Shown: one piece after another, positions 10,064 to 19,085 of the stretch
How positions within the stretch are numbered: position 1 is the first letter of the stretch
Layout of the letters: every line of letters starts with the position of its first letter
Source of the DNA: Polyangiaceae bacterium
Lineage (GTDB): Bacteria > Myxococcota_A > Polyangia > Polyangiales > Polyangiaceae
Length of the DNA stretch: 64,000 bases
Assembly: GCA_965222375.1 (NCBI GenBank)
Contig: CBDCTZ010000012.1
Coordinates: 128,001-192,000, forward strand
Reading direction: 5' to 3'
The notes under the pieces: generated by a model
Seen by the model: the letters and a program-made list of their open reading frames with translations, nothing else
The model's database searches: none
What the model was told of the DNA's origin: nothing
Made by a program: the position numbers and the translations under genes

Positions 10064-12019
10064 TTGGCGATGGCGGAAGGTCAACGCTCAGGCAGCGAAA
10101 GTTCTCTAGCAGACATCGTGCTGACCCCCCTCGGCTCGCAGGCACCACCGAGCGGAGGCGCCGCACCCGTGGACGATGTGTTGGCCAACGTGGACCCAGC
10201 AGCGCTCCGGATTCCCCCGCGACGGCGAAAAGGGCCGCCGCCCCTCCCGAAGCAGGCGCAAGCCTCACCGCAGCCTGCGCCGGGGCGTCGCCGTCGCCTC
10301 GGCGAAGTCTTGGTGGACGCTGGTGTCGTCACCGACGAAGACATCGGCCGCGCACTCGGCGTGCAGAAGATGGGTGGAGGGCGCCTCGGCGGCATCCTGG
10401 TGAAACTCAAGTTGTGCACCGACGCGGAGATCCGCCGAGCCCTCGCGGAACAGCTGGGGATGGAGGTGTACGATCTCGGTAACGTCGAAATGGACGAGTC
10501 GGTGCTGAAGCTCCTGCCCCGGGAGATGATCAAGAAGTACGAGGCGATACCAATCCGAGTCGACGCAAGCACGCTGTACGTGGCGATGAAGGACCCCTAC
10601 AACTTCACGGTCGTCGACGACATTCGCTTCGTCACGGGTTTGAAGGTGGTCGTGCTGGCGTGCACCGAGGCGGACTTCGCAGCGTTCATGGAGTCCCACT
10701 TCCAGACCCAGTGCTTGATCGAGGAGATTTTGGACGGCGGGCAGTTCTACGACAAAGCCATCTCGTCCATAGACACCAATTCCGAACTGATGCCCAGCCC
10801 CGAGGAGGAAGAGGAATCGGAAATCGTCCACGACTTGCGCCTGGCCGGAGAGCACCCTCCGATTATTACGTTGTGCAACTTTCTGCTCGTCGAGTCGATC
10901 AACCGGCGTGCCAGCGACATACACATCGAACCCTACGAGACCTTCTTTCGGGTCCGGCTACGCGTAGATGGTCGGCTCCAGACCCTGATCACACCTCCCC
11001 AGCGTCTTCACGGGCCGATGATCACCCGCATGAAGATCATGGGCGACATGGACATCGCGAAGCGGCGCATTCCCCAGGATGGTCACATTGCGATCACGTA
11101 TCGTGGCGAAACTTGTCACTACCGCGTTTCCACGCTGCCTACGGTCTATGGAGAGAAGTGCGTGATCCGCTTGCTGAAGAAGGACGAGTCCCTCGTGGAC
11201 GTCGAACGTCTGGGATTCGACGATAACCTACTCGCCACTCTAAAGAAGTCCCTCAAGACATCTCAAGGAATCGTGCTCGTCACCGGGCCGACGGGTAGTG
11301 GCAAGACGACGACCCTGCACGCGGGGCTGTCCTACATCAATGATCCAGATACCAATATCGTGACCCTGGAAGATCCCGTCGAGGCGAGCTTGCCGGGAAT
11401 CAACCACGTGCAGATCCACGAGGCAGCTGGCGTGACATTCGCATCGGGCCTGCGGTCCATCCTGCGGCAGGATCCAGACGTGGTTTTCGTGGGAGAGATG
11501 CGCGACCCGGAAGTCGCCAAGATCGCAGTCAAGGCAGCCCTCACCGGGCACTTGGTGCTCTCGACCCTGCACACCAATAGCGCTGCGGAATCCCTGATGC
11601 GCTTGGAAGACATGGGTGTTCCGCCCTACCTGCTTGCGAACGCCTTGCTCATGATCGTCGCGCAGCGGCTGGTGCGCAGCATCTGCCCGTCCTGCCGCAC
11701 GCCCTACGAACCCACTGAGGACGAGAGAGTCGAGTTTCGGCTGGATGAAGAGCGGCTGCGCGGAGCGACGTTGATGTCCGGCAAGGGCTGCGACACTTGC
11801 TATGACACCGGGTACCGGGGGCGCGTGGCCGTATACGAGGCGCTGGTGATTGACAACGAGCTGCGTACCCTGGTGCGCCGCGGCACCCCCTTGGACGAGA
11901 TCATGGACTGCGCACTGTCAAAGGGCATGCGACTGCTCTTTGAAGCCGGAATCGATCGAGCTTTGCGGGGCGAAACGACCTTGGCAGAGGTGCGCCGCTG
12001 CCTCAGCGATGCGCGCTAG
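10064..12019 (+). CDS. GspE/PilB-family secretion ATPase with N-terminal MshEN c-di-GMP-binding domain
   Basis: Tandem RLGxxL..G/K..L..Q motifs, ASDIHIEP, GPTGSGKTTT, TLEDPVE, LRQDPDVVFVGEMRD, STLHTN, CxxC..CxxC. Confidence 0.93.
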   Translation: MAMAEGQRSGSESSLADIVLTPLGSQAPPSGGAAPVDDVLANVDPAALRIPPRRRKGPPPLPKQAQASPQPAPGRRRRLGEVLVDAGVVTDEDIGRALGVQKMGGGRLGGILVKLKLCTDAEIRRALAEQLGMEVYDLGNVEMDESVLKLLPREMIKKYEAIPIRVDASTLYVAMKDPYNFTVVDDIRFVTGLKVVVLACTEADFAAFMESHFQTQCLIEEILDGGQFYDKAISSIDTNSELMPSPEEEEESEIVHDLRLAGEHPPIITLCNFLLVESINRRASDIHIEPYETFFRVRLRVDGRLQTLITPPQRLHGPMITRMKIMGDMDIAKRRIPQDGHIAITYRGETCHYRVSTLPTVYGEKCVIRLLKKDESLVDVERLGFDDNLLATLKKSLKTSQGIVLVTGPTGSGKTTTLHAGLSYINDPDTNIVTLEDPVEASLPGINHVQIHEAAGVTFASGLRSILRQDPDVVFVGEMRDPEVAKIAVKAALTGHLVLSTLHTNSAAESLMRLEDMGVPPYLLANALLMIVAQRLVRSICPSCRTPYEPTEDERVEFRLDEERLRGATLMSGKGCDTCYDTGYRGRVAVYEALVIDNELRTLVRRGTPLDEIMDCALSKGMRLLFEAGIDRALRGETTLAEVRRCLSDAR

Positions 12020-12066
12020 CGTGTCTGCGTTGTAAAGGCTTCGCCGATCCGGCTAGGCTGCCGCTG

Positions 12067-13266
12067 ATGGCTTCGGGAGGGTCCCTCGGTTACGCCCGCG
12101 GTGCGGTGAAAGTCGTCGCGCTCGCTGTCGGGTTCTTCGGGACCCTGGTGTGCCTGATGGCCCTTGTGGGCAAGTTTGCCGAGAGTGGCTGGATGCGCAG
12201 CCTCGTGGCTCTGGTGGTCGCGCTTGCCGTGCCCGCGGTCGTGGCGGATCGCCTATTGCCTGACGATGACCCCTCCAAAGGCAAGGGAGTCGTTGGAGAC
12301 GCGTTCGCAGTGTTGTGGCTTGGCGTGCCCGTCGTGTTTGCCGTCGTCCTGGGCGGGGCGACGAGCGGGTTGCTCCGCACAGAAGGGGATCGCCTGACCC
12401 AAGCGGGTGTTGGGAGCTTGGGCCGCGTCGCCTATTTGCTCAGCGGCACCGAGGCGATCGTGACCAAGGCTGGGGAGGGCGAGGTGGCGACCTCAGGGAG
12501 CGCTGCACCCAGCGCGGCTCCGCAAGCGTCCGCGTCGCTGCCGCTTCCCGCAGCCAGTGCGGTGCCCAAACTCGACGACGCGGGTACGCCGAAGCCAAAG
12601 CCCAAGCAGCCTGGGGAGAAGAACCCCGCCGAACTCTTCAAACAGCTCGCACCGAGTGTGGTGTCGATCAACATCAAGGTCCGGGGCGATGCGGAGGGGG
12701 GTGGTACGGGGTTCTTGGTAGACACCAAAGGCACGATTGTCACCAATCATCACGTCGTCGCTGTCGGCAAGGAGATCCGTATCAAGTTCTTCAACGGCGC
12801 GATCTATGAAGAGGTCGACGTTCTGGAGCAGGACCCGAGCCAAGATCTCGCGCTGCTGGCCATCAAGCTGAGCAAGCCAAAAGAGGGCAAACGGCCCAAG
12901 GTGCAGCCCCTTTCCCTTGGAGACTCGGACAAGGTGCAGGTGGGCGAGCGCGCCATCTCGATCGGCAACCCCTTGGGCCTGGAACACACGCTCACGGACG
13001 GTTTGGTGTCTGCTCGCCGCGTGTATCAAGGCAAGCACTGGATTCAAATGAGTGTGCCCGTGTCTCCCGGCAACTCCGGTGGGCCGGTCTTCGACATGAA
13101 GGGCAAGGTCATCGGTGTGACCACAGCGCAAGTTCTGGGCGGGTTCTTCGGCCGCGCGCAGAACTTGAACCTCGCCATACCCGTGAACATCGTCAAGAAA
13201 CACATCCGCTCGCAGTACCCGAACCGGCGAAAATTCGGCAGTAAGAGTGGGGGCTCGCATTGGTAA
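12067..13266 (+). CDS. Membrane-anchored trypsin-like serine protease (no PDZ)
   Basis: Three N-terminal TM helices, a Pro/Ala linker, then VTNHHV, DLALL and VSPGNSGGP. Confidence 0.88.
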   Translation: MASGGSLGYARGAVKVVALAVGFFGTLVCLMALVGKFAESGWMRSLVALVVALAVPAVVADRLLPDDDPSKGKGVVGDAFAVLWLGVPVVFAVVLGGATSGLLRTEGDRLTQAGVGSLGRVAYLLSGTEAIVTKAGEGEVATSGSAAPSAAPQASASLPLPAASAVPKLDDAGTPKPKPKQPGEKNPAELFKQLAPSVVSINIKVRGDAEGGGTGFLVDTKGTIVTNHHVVAVGKEIRIKFFNGAIYEEVDVLEQDPSQDLALLAIKLSKPKEGKRPKVQPLSLGDSDKVQVGERAISIGNPLGLEHTLTDGLVSARRVYQGKHWIQMSVPVSPGNSGGPVFDMKGKVIGVTTAQVLGGFFGRAQNLNLAIPVNIVKKHIRSQYPNRRKFGSKSGGSHW

Positions 13267-14741
13267 TGGCGATTCGCAGCAACGTCGTTTCCCTGATTCT
13301 CGTTGGCTTGCTCGGCGTCTTGATCGTCGCCTTGGCGACCAAGAAACGCCAGCCCCACGCGATCACCGTTGCGGCGCCTGAACGGAGCGCGGCGCCCGCG
13401 GCTTCATCCGCTGAGGCCCCGGCCAGCTCGGCTTCCGCCGCGGCCAGCAGCCCAGCCGTCAAGCAAGCCAAGGCGCCGCCCACGTTGAAGCGCCCGCTCC
13501 GGGTGGCCGCTCTGAGTTGGGAGGTTCTTGCGCCGGCAGTCCTCGAGAACGGAGGTTTGGAGCCGAACGACAAGAGTGGCTTCGGCAAAGCGGGCGTCCG
13601 GATCGGACTCTCCATCGTGGACGGTTCCGAAGGCGCGAATCAGGCCCTTGCGCGTGGGGGCGCGGACGACAGTGGCGCAGACGTTGCCCTGGTACCCCTT
13701 TCGGGCTTCATCGCCTCCTACGAAAAACTTAGGGCCCTCGACCCGGTGATTTTTCACGTGAGCCACTGGTCCAGAGGCCGGGAGGTTCTCACGACGAAGA
13801 ACGGCAAGGGCCTGGACTCTCTGCCTGACCGGGGGCGAATCACCTTGTCCCCGGCGGAGCGGGATCCCGCTACTTTTTCTGCGCTCTTTCTGCTGGACGC
13901 GGCGGGGGTCGCCCCCGCGCGCATCGACCTGCTGAGCTCCGATGACCCGAAGGCTCAGGTTCGTGCGCGCACGCGCTTGGCCGCAAATCAGAAAGACGCG
14001 GTCAAGCAGTCCGATGCAGTGCTCAGTACCGCCGAAGCGTCGCGCTTGATGCCCGTGGTCGCGATCGCTCAACGGGGCTTCATCCAGAAACACACGCTGG
14101 CTCTCAAGAAGTTCATGCTCGGATTCTTGAAGGGCCAAAAGGCGTTGGCAGAGGACGCCGCGACGAGCGCGCGAAAGATCTCCAAGTTGGATGGCGCCCC
14201 GGAGCCCGTGGCGCTGCTCGGCGGGCTGGGCGAATTGGCGGCCGTGCCTCTCGCCGAAAACGCCGAGCTGTTCGGACTCTCGGGGCGCGGTGCAGTCAAA
14301 GTCGAAACGCTCTTGTCCCGCGGGTTTCGTTTGTGGCGTGAGGCCAAGCTGTCCAGTTCGCCCGGACCGGAAAGCGTCGTCGCCGACGGTCGCATCGTCG
14401 CCTTGCTCATTCGTGCCAGCCGGGTGACCCCCAGGGGGCCTCCGCCGAAAGCGAGCGCACCCGACAAACCGAGCCCCGCGCTTCTCGTCTACCGCCAGCG
14501 GGGCAGTAGTTTGGACGAAGATGCATTCTTGGTGGAAGTCGGATTGCTTGCGGGGATCTTCCCACGTTCGCCGCTAGCACTGACGGTCCATCGCGGGGTC
14601 GCTCCGGATAAAAAGCGAAGTGAGCAGCTGGTCGAGCAAGCGCAAGATCGTTTCGGGCTCGCGCCAGGCCGGCTCACGGTCGGCAAGATCCGCCCTCGAG
14701 CCCGCACCCACGCCACGCTTCAGATCCTGCCGATCCCCTAG
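13266..14741 (+). CDS. Exported protein resembling SsuA/NMT1-type substrate-binding proteins
   Basis: N-terminal TM/signal; PLRVAALSW..NGGL, SHWSRGRE and LSTAEASRLMP pattern typical of type II periplasmic-binding folds. ATG overlaps the upstream stop (TAATG). Confidence 0.55.
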   Translation: MAIRSNVVSLILVGLLGVLIVALATKKRQPHAITVAAPERSAAPAASSAEAPASSASAAASSPAVKQAKAPPTLKRPLRVAALSWEVLAPAVLENGGLEPNDKSGFGKAGVRIGLSIVDGSEGANQALARGGADDSGADVALVPLSGFIASYEKLRALDPVIFHVSHWSRGREVLTTKNGKGLDSLPDRGRITLSPAERDPATFSALFLLDAAGVAPARIDLLSSDDPKAQVRARTRLAANQKDAVKQSDAVLSTAEASRLMPVVAIAQRGFIQKHTLALKKFMLGFLKGQKALAEDAATSARKISKLDGAPEPVALLGGLGELAAVPLAENAELFGLSGRGAVKVETLLSRGFRLWREAKLSSSPGPESVVADGRIVALLIRASRVTPRGPPPKASAPDKPSPALLVYRQRGSSLDEDAFLVEVGLLAGIFPRSPLALTVHRGVAPDKKRSEQLVEQAQDRFGLAPGRLTVGKIRPRARTHATLQILPIP

Positions 14742-15631
14742 CGGCGCCACAGGGGGATGGGTTGGAGCCGAGGGCCGCGACGGGGAAAAGGCTTGCCCCC
14801 GACCTCGACCAGCCGCTGCACCCGGCCGCGGTGACCGGGGTAGGGCTGCAACAACTCCAGCATGCGCGCGTCGTCGGCCTCGCGCTCTCCGGCGAGGTTG
14901 AAAGCCACGAGCCTGGGCAAATGGTAATCGCCGACGCTGACAGCGTCGGCGTCCCCCAAAGCGACTCGAGCTAGTTCCGCCACGGTCCACTCGCCAATGC
15001 CGCGTAAACTACCAAGTCGCCGCTTCGCAGCGCCGAGGGGCATGTCGGGTAGCTCTTCCAGGCGCCGAGCATGCTTGGCCGCACGGATCAGGGTTTCGGC
15101 GCGGCGCCGTTCAATGCCCATGCGGTGCATCTCGTAATAGGGCAAGGCTGCTAGTTCGTCCGAAGCCGGGGGGAGCGAAAGGGCGAAGGGCCCAGGCGCG
15201 GGCTGACCCAAGCGTCGGCACAGGCGGTAGTATCCCTGCCAGGCTTGTTTGCCCACGACCTTCTGTTCCAACACGATGAGTAGCAAACACTGCATCACGG
15301 TATGGGCTCGGGGGATTCGCACACCGGGAAGTTTGCGGGCCAGGTCCGCAACGGCTCCTTGGGGTTGAAACCCCTCGAGTAGATCGCCGAGTCCGACCAA
15401 GTCTGGCCCGATGGACAGCGCCCAATCCTCGCCCGCGCCGAAGGCTTGCAGTGAGAGCTTGGGGCCTTCGACGGCAATTCGCAGGGTGGCAGGCCCCTCG
15501 GGCGTGCGCATGGCACGCCACCAGGCGCCGGTTTCGTCTCTCCGCATGCAGGGATCCGCCTTGCCGCGTACGAACACACCCAGGGTGCGATCTAGGTCGA
15601 GTTTTCCAGTCAGCTGTACTTCGCGATGCAT
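14738..15631 (-). CDS. AlkA-like DNA-3-methyladenine glycosylase (HhH-GPD)
   Basis: VLEQKV, LRGIGEWT, LGDADAVSVGDYHL. Start moved to ATG 15631 because the longer ORF overlaps the divergent esterase gene. Confidence 0.88.
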   Translation of the reverse strand: MHREVQLTGKLDLDRTLGVFVRGKADPCMRRDETGAWWRAMRTPEGPATLRIAVEGPKLSLQAFGAGEDWALSIGPDLVGLGDLLEGFQPQGAVADLARKLPGVRIPRAHTVMQCLLLIVLEQKVVGKQAWQGYYRLCRRLGQPAPGPFALSLPPASDELAALPYYEMHRMGIERRRAETLIRAAKHARRLEELPDMPLGAAKRRLGSLRGIGEWTVAELARVALGDADAVSVGDYHLPRLVAFNLAGEREADDARMLELLQPYPGHRGRVQRLVEVGGKPFPRRGPRLQPIPLWRR

Positions 15632-15689
15632 CGTTCGAGAGCCGCTCGCGGCGAGCCATGCCGCCGCCAGCGGTGCTATTGTCTCAGAG

Positions 15690-16739
15690 ATGAGGACGGT
15701 TGCATGGGTTTCGGCCGCGATTTGCATGCTGGCGGTCGCTTGCGGTTCTGACGACGAATCGCCAAAGGGCCAACCCACTGCTGACGCGGGTATCGATGCC
15801 ACGGCGGCCGGGGCCGGTGGTGCGGCCGGGGCCGCCGCCACGGGCGGCGCGGGTGGCACGGCCGCGTCGGCGGGTGGCGGCGGCCAGGCTGGAAGCGCTG
15901 GAGCGCCGGCGACCTGTAGCGTGGCTCCAAAGCCGCCGGGCGCGAGTGTGGTCAAGGTGACCTCGAGTGGGCAGGAGCGTACGGCGCGCCTCGTGATCCC
16001 TCAGGGGTACGACGCAACCAAGCCCACCGCGCTCGTGTTGGTGTTTCACGGCTACCTGGAGACCGCGGAGCAGATCGAGAACATCAGTCAGATGTCCGTC
16101 GCCGCTGCTGGCCAGAATGTGATCGTGGCCTACCCCCAGGGGATCTCGGTCAGCTGGAACGCCGGCAAGTGTTGCGGAAGTTCCGCCAGTCAGAAGCGTC
16201 CTGACGTGAAGTTCGTCGCGGATCTTCTCGACCACCTCGAGCAGGAACTCTGCATCGACAAGAAACGGATCTATGCAGCCGGCTTTTCCAATGGCGGCAT
16301 GATGTCGAACCGTCTCGCCTGTGAGCTTTCCAAACGCATCGCGGCCATTGGGCCCGTCGCGGGGCCCCTCGCGATTGACGAGTGCCTACCGCAGCGGCCC
16401 ATGCCCGTGATCGAGTTTCACGGCACGAGTGACCTCATCGTGCCCTACAACGGTGGCGGGCTGTCCGGCACGCGAAGCGTCAGTGACAACATCGATTGGT
16501 GGCAGAAGAACGCTTGGTGCCAGGACTCCGCTCCAGCGGAGGTCTACAACAATGGGGACACGATCTGCACCGAATACTCCCAGTGCAAGGAAGGCGCCGC
16601 GATCCGTCTTTGTACCGTGGACAAGGGTGGTCACCAGTGGCCCGGTGGCAAGAGTGCGGGGCCCGCGGGCAAGTTGACCAAGGACATCGACGCCAGTGCT
16701 GAGATGCTGAAGTTCTTCCTGGCTCACCCCATGCCCTAA
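15690..16739 (+). CDS. PHB-depolymerase/LpqC-family esterase lipoprotein
   Basis: LVFHG, SWNAGKCC, nucleophile motif GFSNGG, FHGTSD, GGHQWPG; lipobox LAVAC. Confidence 0.9.
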   Translation: MRTVAWVSAAICMLAVACGSDDESPKGQPTADAGIDATAAGAGGAAGAAATGGAGGTAASAGGGGQAGSAGAPATCSVAPKPPGASVVKVTSSGQERTARLVIPQGYDATKPTALVLVFHGYLETAEQIENISQMSVAAAGQNVIVAYPQGISVSWNAGKCCGSSASQKRPDVKFVADLLDHLEQELCIDKKRIYAAGFSNGGMMSNRLACELSKRIAAIGPVAGPLAIDECLPQRPMPVIEFHGTSDLIVPYNGGGLSGTRSVSDNIDWWQKNAWCQDSAPAEVYNNGDTICTEYSQCKEGAAIRLCTVDKGGHQWPGGKSAGPAGKLTKDIDASAEMLKFFLAHPMP

Positions 16740-16805
16740 GGGTTTTCTTCGACCGTGCTCAGCGGGTGCTTCATCAATCCCCCGCGGATGTGCCACAATG
16801 CTGAG

Positions 16806-18680
16806 GTGCGAAAAGCGCTCGTTTTACTGTGGGCCCTCTTCTGCGTGGCCGTTGCGTCCTGCGCCAACTCCACGGACGCGGGTTCACCCGGCACGGGGAC
16901 TGGCGGGGCGAGCAGCTGTGGCGTGGGCACCACCAGCTGCGACGGCGTGTGCACGAATACCGACGTCGATCCCGACAATTGCGGCAGTTGCGGGCAGCGT
17001 TGTTTGACTGGAGAGAGCTGTCAGGGCGGCAGCTGCAAGGCAGGATGCTGGAGCACCCAGGTGCCATGCGGAGGGAGCTGCGTCGACACTTCGGCAGATC
17101 CAGAGCATTGCGGTGGCTGTGATCAGAAGTGCTCCGGTGGCCAAGTCTGCGCCCAGGGCGTGTGTGCGGACAGCTGCGGCGGTGGTGAGTCTGCCTGCGC
17201 CGGAGTCTGCACGGACCTGACATCGGATCCCGCGAATTGCGGCAGCTGCGGACTCATTTGCGGGGTCGGGGAGGTCTGCTCCGCCGGCAAGTGCAGCCCG
17301 AATTGCAGCGGTGGCCTGACTCAATGCAGTGGCGTCTGCGTCGATACGCAATCGGATCCAGAGCACTGCGGGCAGTGCGCCAAGCTCTGTGCCGTCGGCC
17401 TGGGTGAGGTCTGCTCTCTCGGGCAGTGTTCCCTGTCGTGCCTGGGCGGCACCGTCAACTGCGGTAACACCTGTGTGGATACAGAGACGAACAATTCACA
17501 CTGCGGGAGCTGCGGTAAGCAATGCACCGCGGGGCAGCTCTGCAGTGGTGGCAAGTGTGCTCTGTCCTGCACGGGTGGGACGACGAATTGCGCGGGCAAG
17601 TGTGTCGACACCGACGTGGACCCGAACCACTGCGGCTCATGTGGCAAGACCTGTCCTTCGGGAGAGAGTTGCCAGAATGGCGGTTGCACTCTCGTGTGTA
17701 GCTCGGGTCTGACCAAGTGCGGCTCACAATGCGTCAACACGCAGACCAGCCTGGTCCACTGCGGGGGCTGCAACAAGCCTTGCTCCGCAGGCGAAGCCTG
17801 CCTCAGCGGAGTCTGCACGCTGGTGTGCAGCGGCGGCACGACCAAGTGCGGCAATCAGTGCGTCAACCAGCAAACTGACACGAACAACTGCGGCAGCTGC
17901 GGCAAGAAGTGCAGTGCTGGCCAAAGTTGCGTGGCTGGCGTGTGCAAGCTGGTGTGCGGGTCCGGGCTCACGGCTTGCAGCAACAAGTGTGTCGATACCA
18001 AAGTGGATCCGTCCAATTGCGGCAGCTGCGGCAAGACCTGCCCCAGCGGTCAGAGCTGCCAGAACAGCGTTTGCACCTTGGTCTGCAGCGGCGGGACCAC
18101 GAATTGCTCCGGTCAGTGCGTGAATCTGGCCAATGACGAAAACAATTGCGGCAGCTGCGGTAACACCTGTTCCGCACAGCAAACCTGTACCTCGAGCAAT
18201 TGTGTGAACAACTGCAACCCGACGACCAATCACGCGACCAGCGCGACCGCCAGCAGCAACTCGGGTAGCGGCACTGGAGCCATCGGCCCCGCGAACATGA
18301 ACGACGGGTTCGGGGAAGCCAGTTGTGGGACCCAGGGGTGGCATTGGATCAAAGCCACGACGTCACCGGGCACGGCCTACGCGGAGCTCGCCTGGACTAC
18401 GACGAAGACCATTGGGCGAATCAAGATCGACACTGCCGCGTGCGCCGTTGCCGGCTGCGGTATCATCGCCGGGCGAGCCGTGGCGGGTGGCACGATCCAG
18501 TATTGGAGCGGGAGCAGCTGGGTTACGGCCGGCACCGTGTCCGGCAAGCAAAACGACTGGGAGTACGTGTTTCCCGCCCCGGTCCAGACCACGAAGATTC
18601 GCGTCTACGCCCTCACGGCGTACAACTGCGGCCTGGCGCAGAACCCGGTGGTCTACGAGTTCCAGGCGTTTTCCTGCTGA
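16806..18680 (+). CDS. Cys-rich repeat lipoprotein (Stig1/MXAN_6577-like repeats) with C-terminal galactose-binding-like domain
   Basis: Ten ~43-aa units of CV(D/N)T..DP.(N/H)CG.CG..C..G..C..G.C; lipobox VASC; C-terminal F.APVQTTKIRVY...VYEFQAF. GTG 16806 is the inferred start. Confidence 0.85.
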   Translation: MRKALVLLWALFCVAVASCANSTDAGSPGTGTGGASSCGVGTTSCDGVCTNTDVDPDNCGSCGQRCLTGESCQGGSCKAGCWSTQVPCGGSCVDTSADPEHCGGCDQKCSGGQVCAQGVCADSCGGGESACAGVCTDLTSDPANCGSCGLICGVGEVCSAGKCSPNCSGGLTQCSGVCVDTQSDPEHCGQCAKLCAVGLGEVCSLGQCSLSCLGGTVNCGNTCVDTETNNSHCGSCGKQCTAGQLCSGGKCALSCTGGTTNCAGKCVDTDVDPNHCGSCGKTCPSGESCQNGGCTLVCSSGLTKCGSQCVNTQTSLVHCGGCNKPCSAGEACLSGVCTLVCSGGTTKCGNQCVNQQTDTNNCGSCGKKCSAGQSCVAGVCKLVCGSGLTACSNKCVDTKVDPSNCGSCGKTCPSGQSCQNSVCTLVCSGGTTNCSGQCVNLANDENNCGSCGNTCSAQQTCTSSNCVNNCNPTTNHATSATASSNSGSGTGAIGPANMNDGFGEASCGTQGWHWIKATTSPGTAYAELAWTTTKTIGRIKIDTAACAVAGCGIIAGRAVAGGTIQYWSGSSWVTAGTVSGKQNDWEYVFPAPVQTTKIRVYALTAYNCGLAQNPVVYEFQAFSC

Positions 18681-18754
18681 GCGCTTCGGGCCCCTGCCCC
18701 AAAAAGGACGTCTCGACCAGGCGCTCAGCTGCAGCGCCCGCAACAATCAACTTT

Positions 18755-18763
18755 TGCTATGCT
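18755..18763 (+). promoter_or_regulatory. Candidate extended -10 promoter (TGcTATGCT) for the small Cys-rich gene
   Basis: TG-N-TATGCT in an AT-rich patch 45 bp upstream of the GTG start. Confidence 0.4.
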
Positions 18764-18808
18764 TCCGCCCGCCCGGCGCTGCTGCGCCGAACCGAAAGGA
18801 CCGAACTC

Positions 18809-19003
18809 GTGTCAGATTACGCCTGTGAGAAGTGCGGAATGAGTGTGAAGGGGATGACCTGTGGCAAGTGCAACGCTGCCCTAGAGCACGGCACCATCAC
18901 CAAACCGGACGGCACGGAAGTGCATGTGGCGAAGTGCCCCAGCGGGTGCGGCAAGATCAAGTCGCCCATGTGCTGCGGCCAAGACATGGCCTGCCCCACC
19001 TGA
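18809..19003 (+). CDS. Small (64 aa) Cys-rich putative metal-binding protein
   Basis: AAGGA RBS 8 nt before GTG. Sequence MSDYACEKCGMSVKGMTCGKC...KCPSGCGKIKSPMCCGQDMACPT with GC3-rich codons. It appears in the ORF track only as the tail of 18323..19003. Confidence 0.8.
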   Translation: MSDYACEKCGMSVKGMTCGKCNAALEHGTITKPDGTEVHVAKCPSGCGKIKSPMCCGQDMACPT

Positions 19004-19085
19004 ACTTCTCCTTGGGAGCTATCGTGCGTACGGCAGGAGGCGCGCCTGGAGCCCGCCTAGGGATGAGCTGTGCGTCCCCCGAGAA

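Noticed and set aside
15411..15955. Apparent ~545-bp overlap between the AlkA and esterase ORFs
   Set aside because: Artefact of longest-ORF starts; the likely starts (15631 minus, 15690 plus) leave a 58-bp divergent gap.
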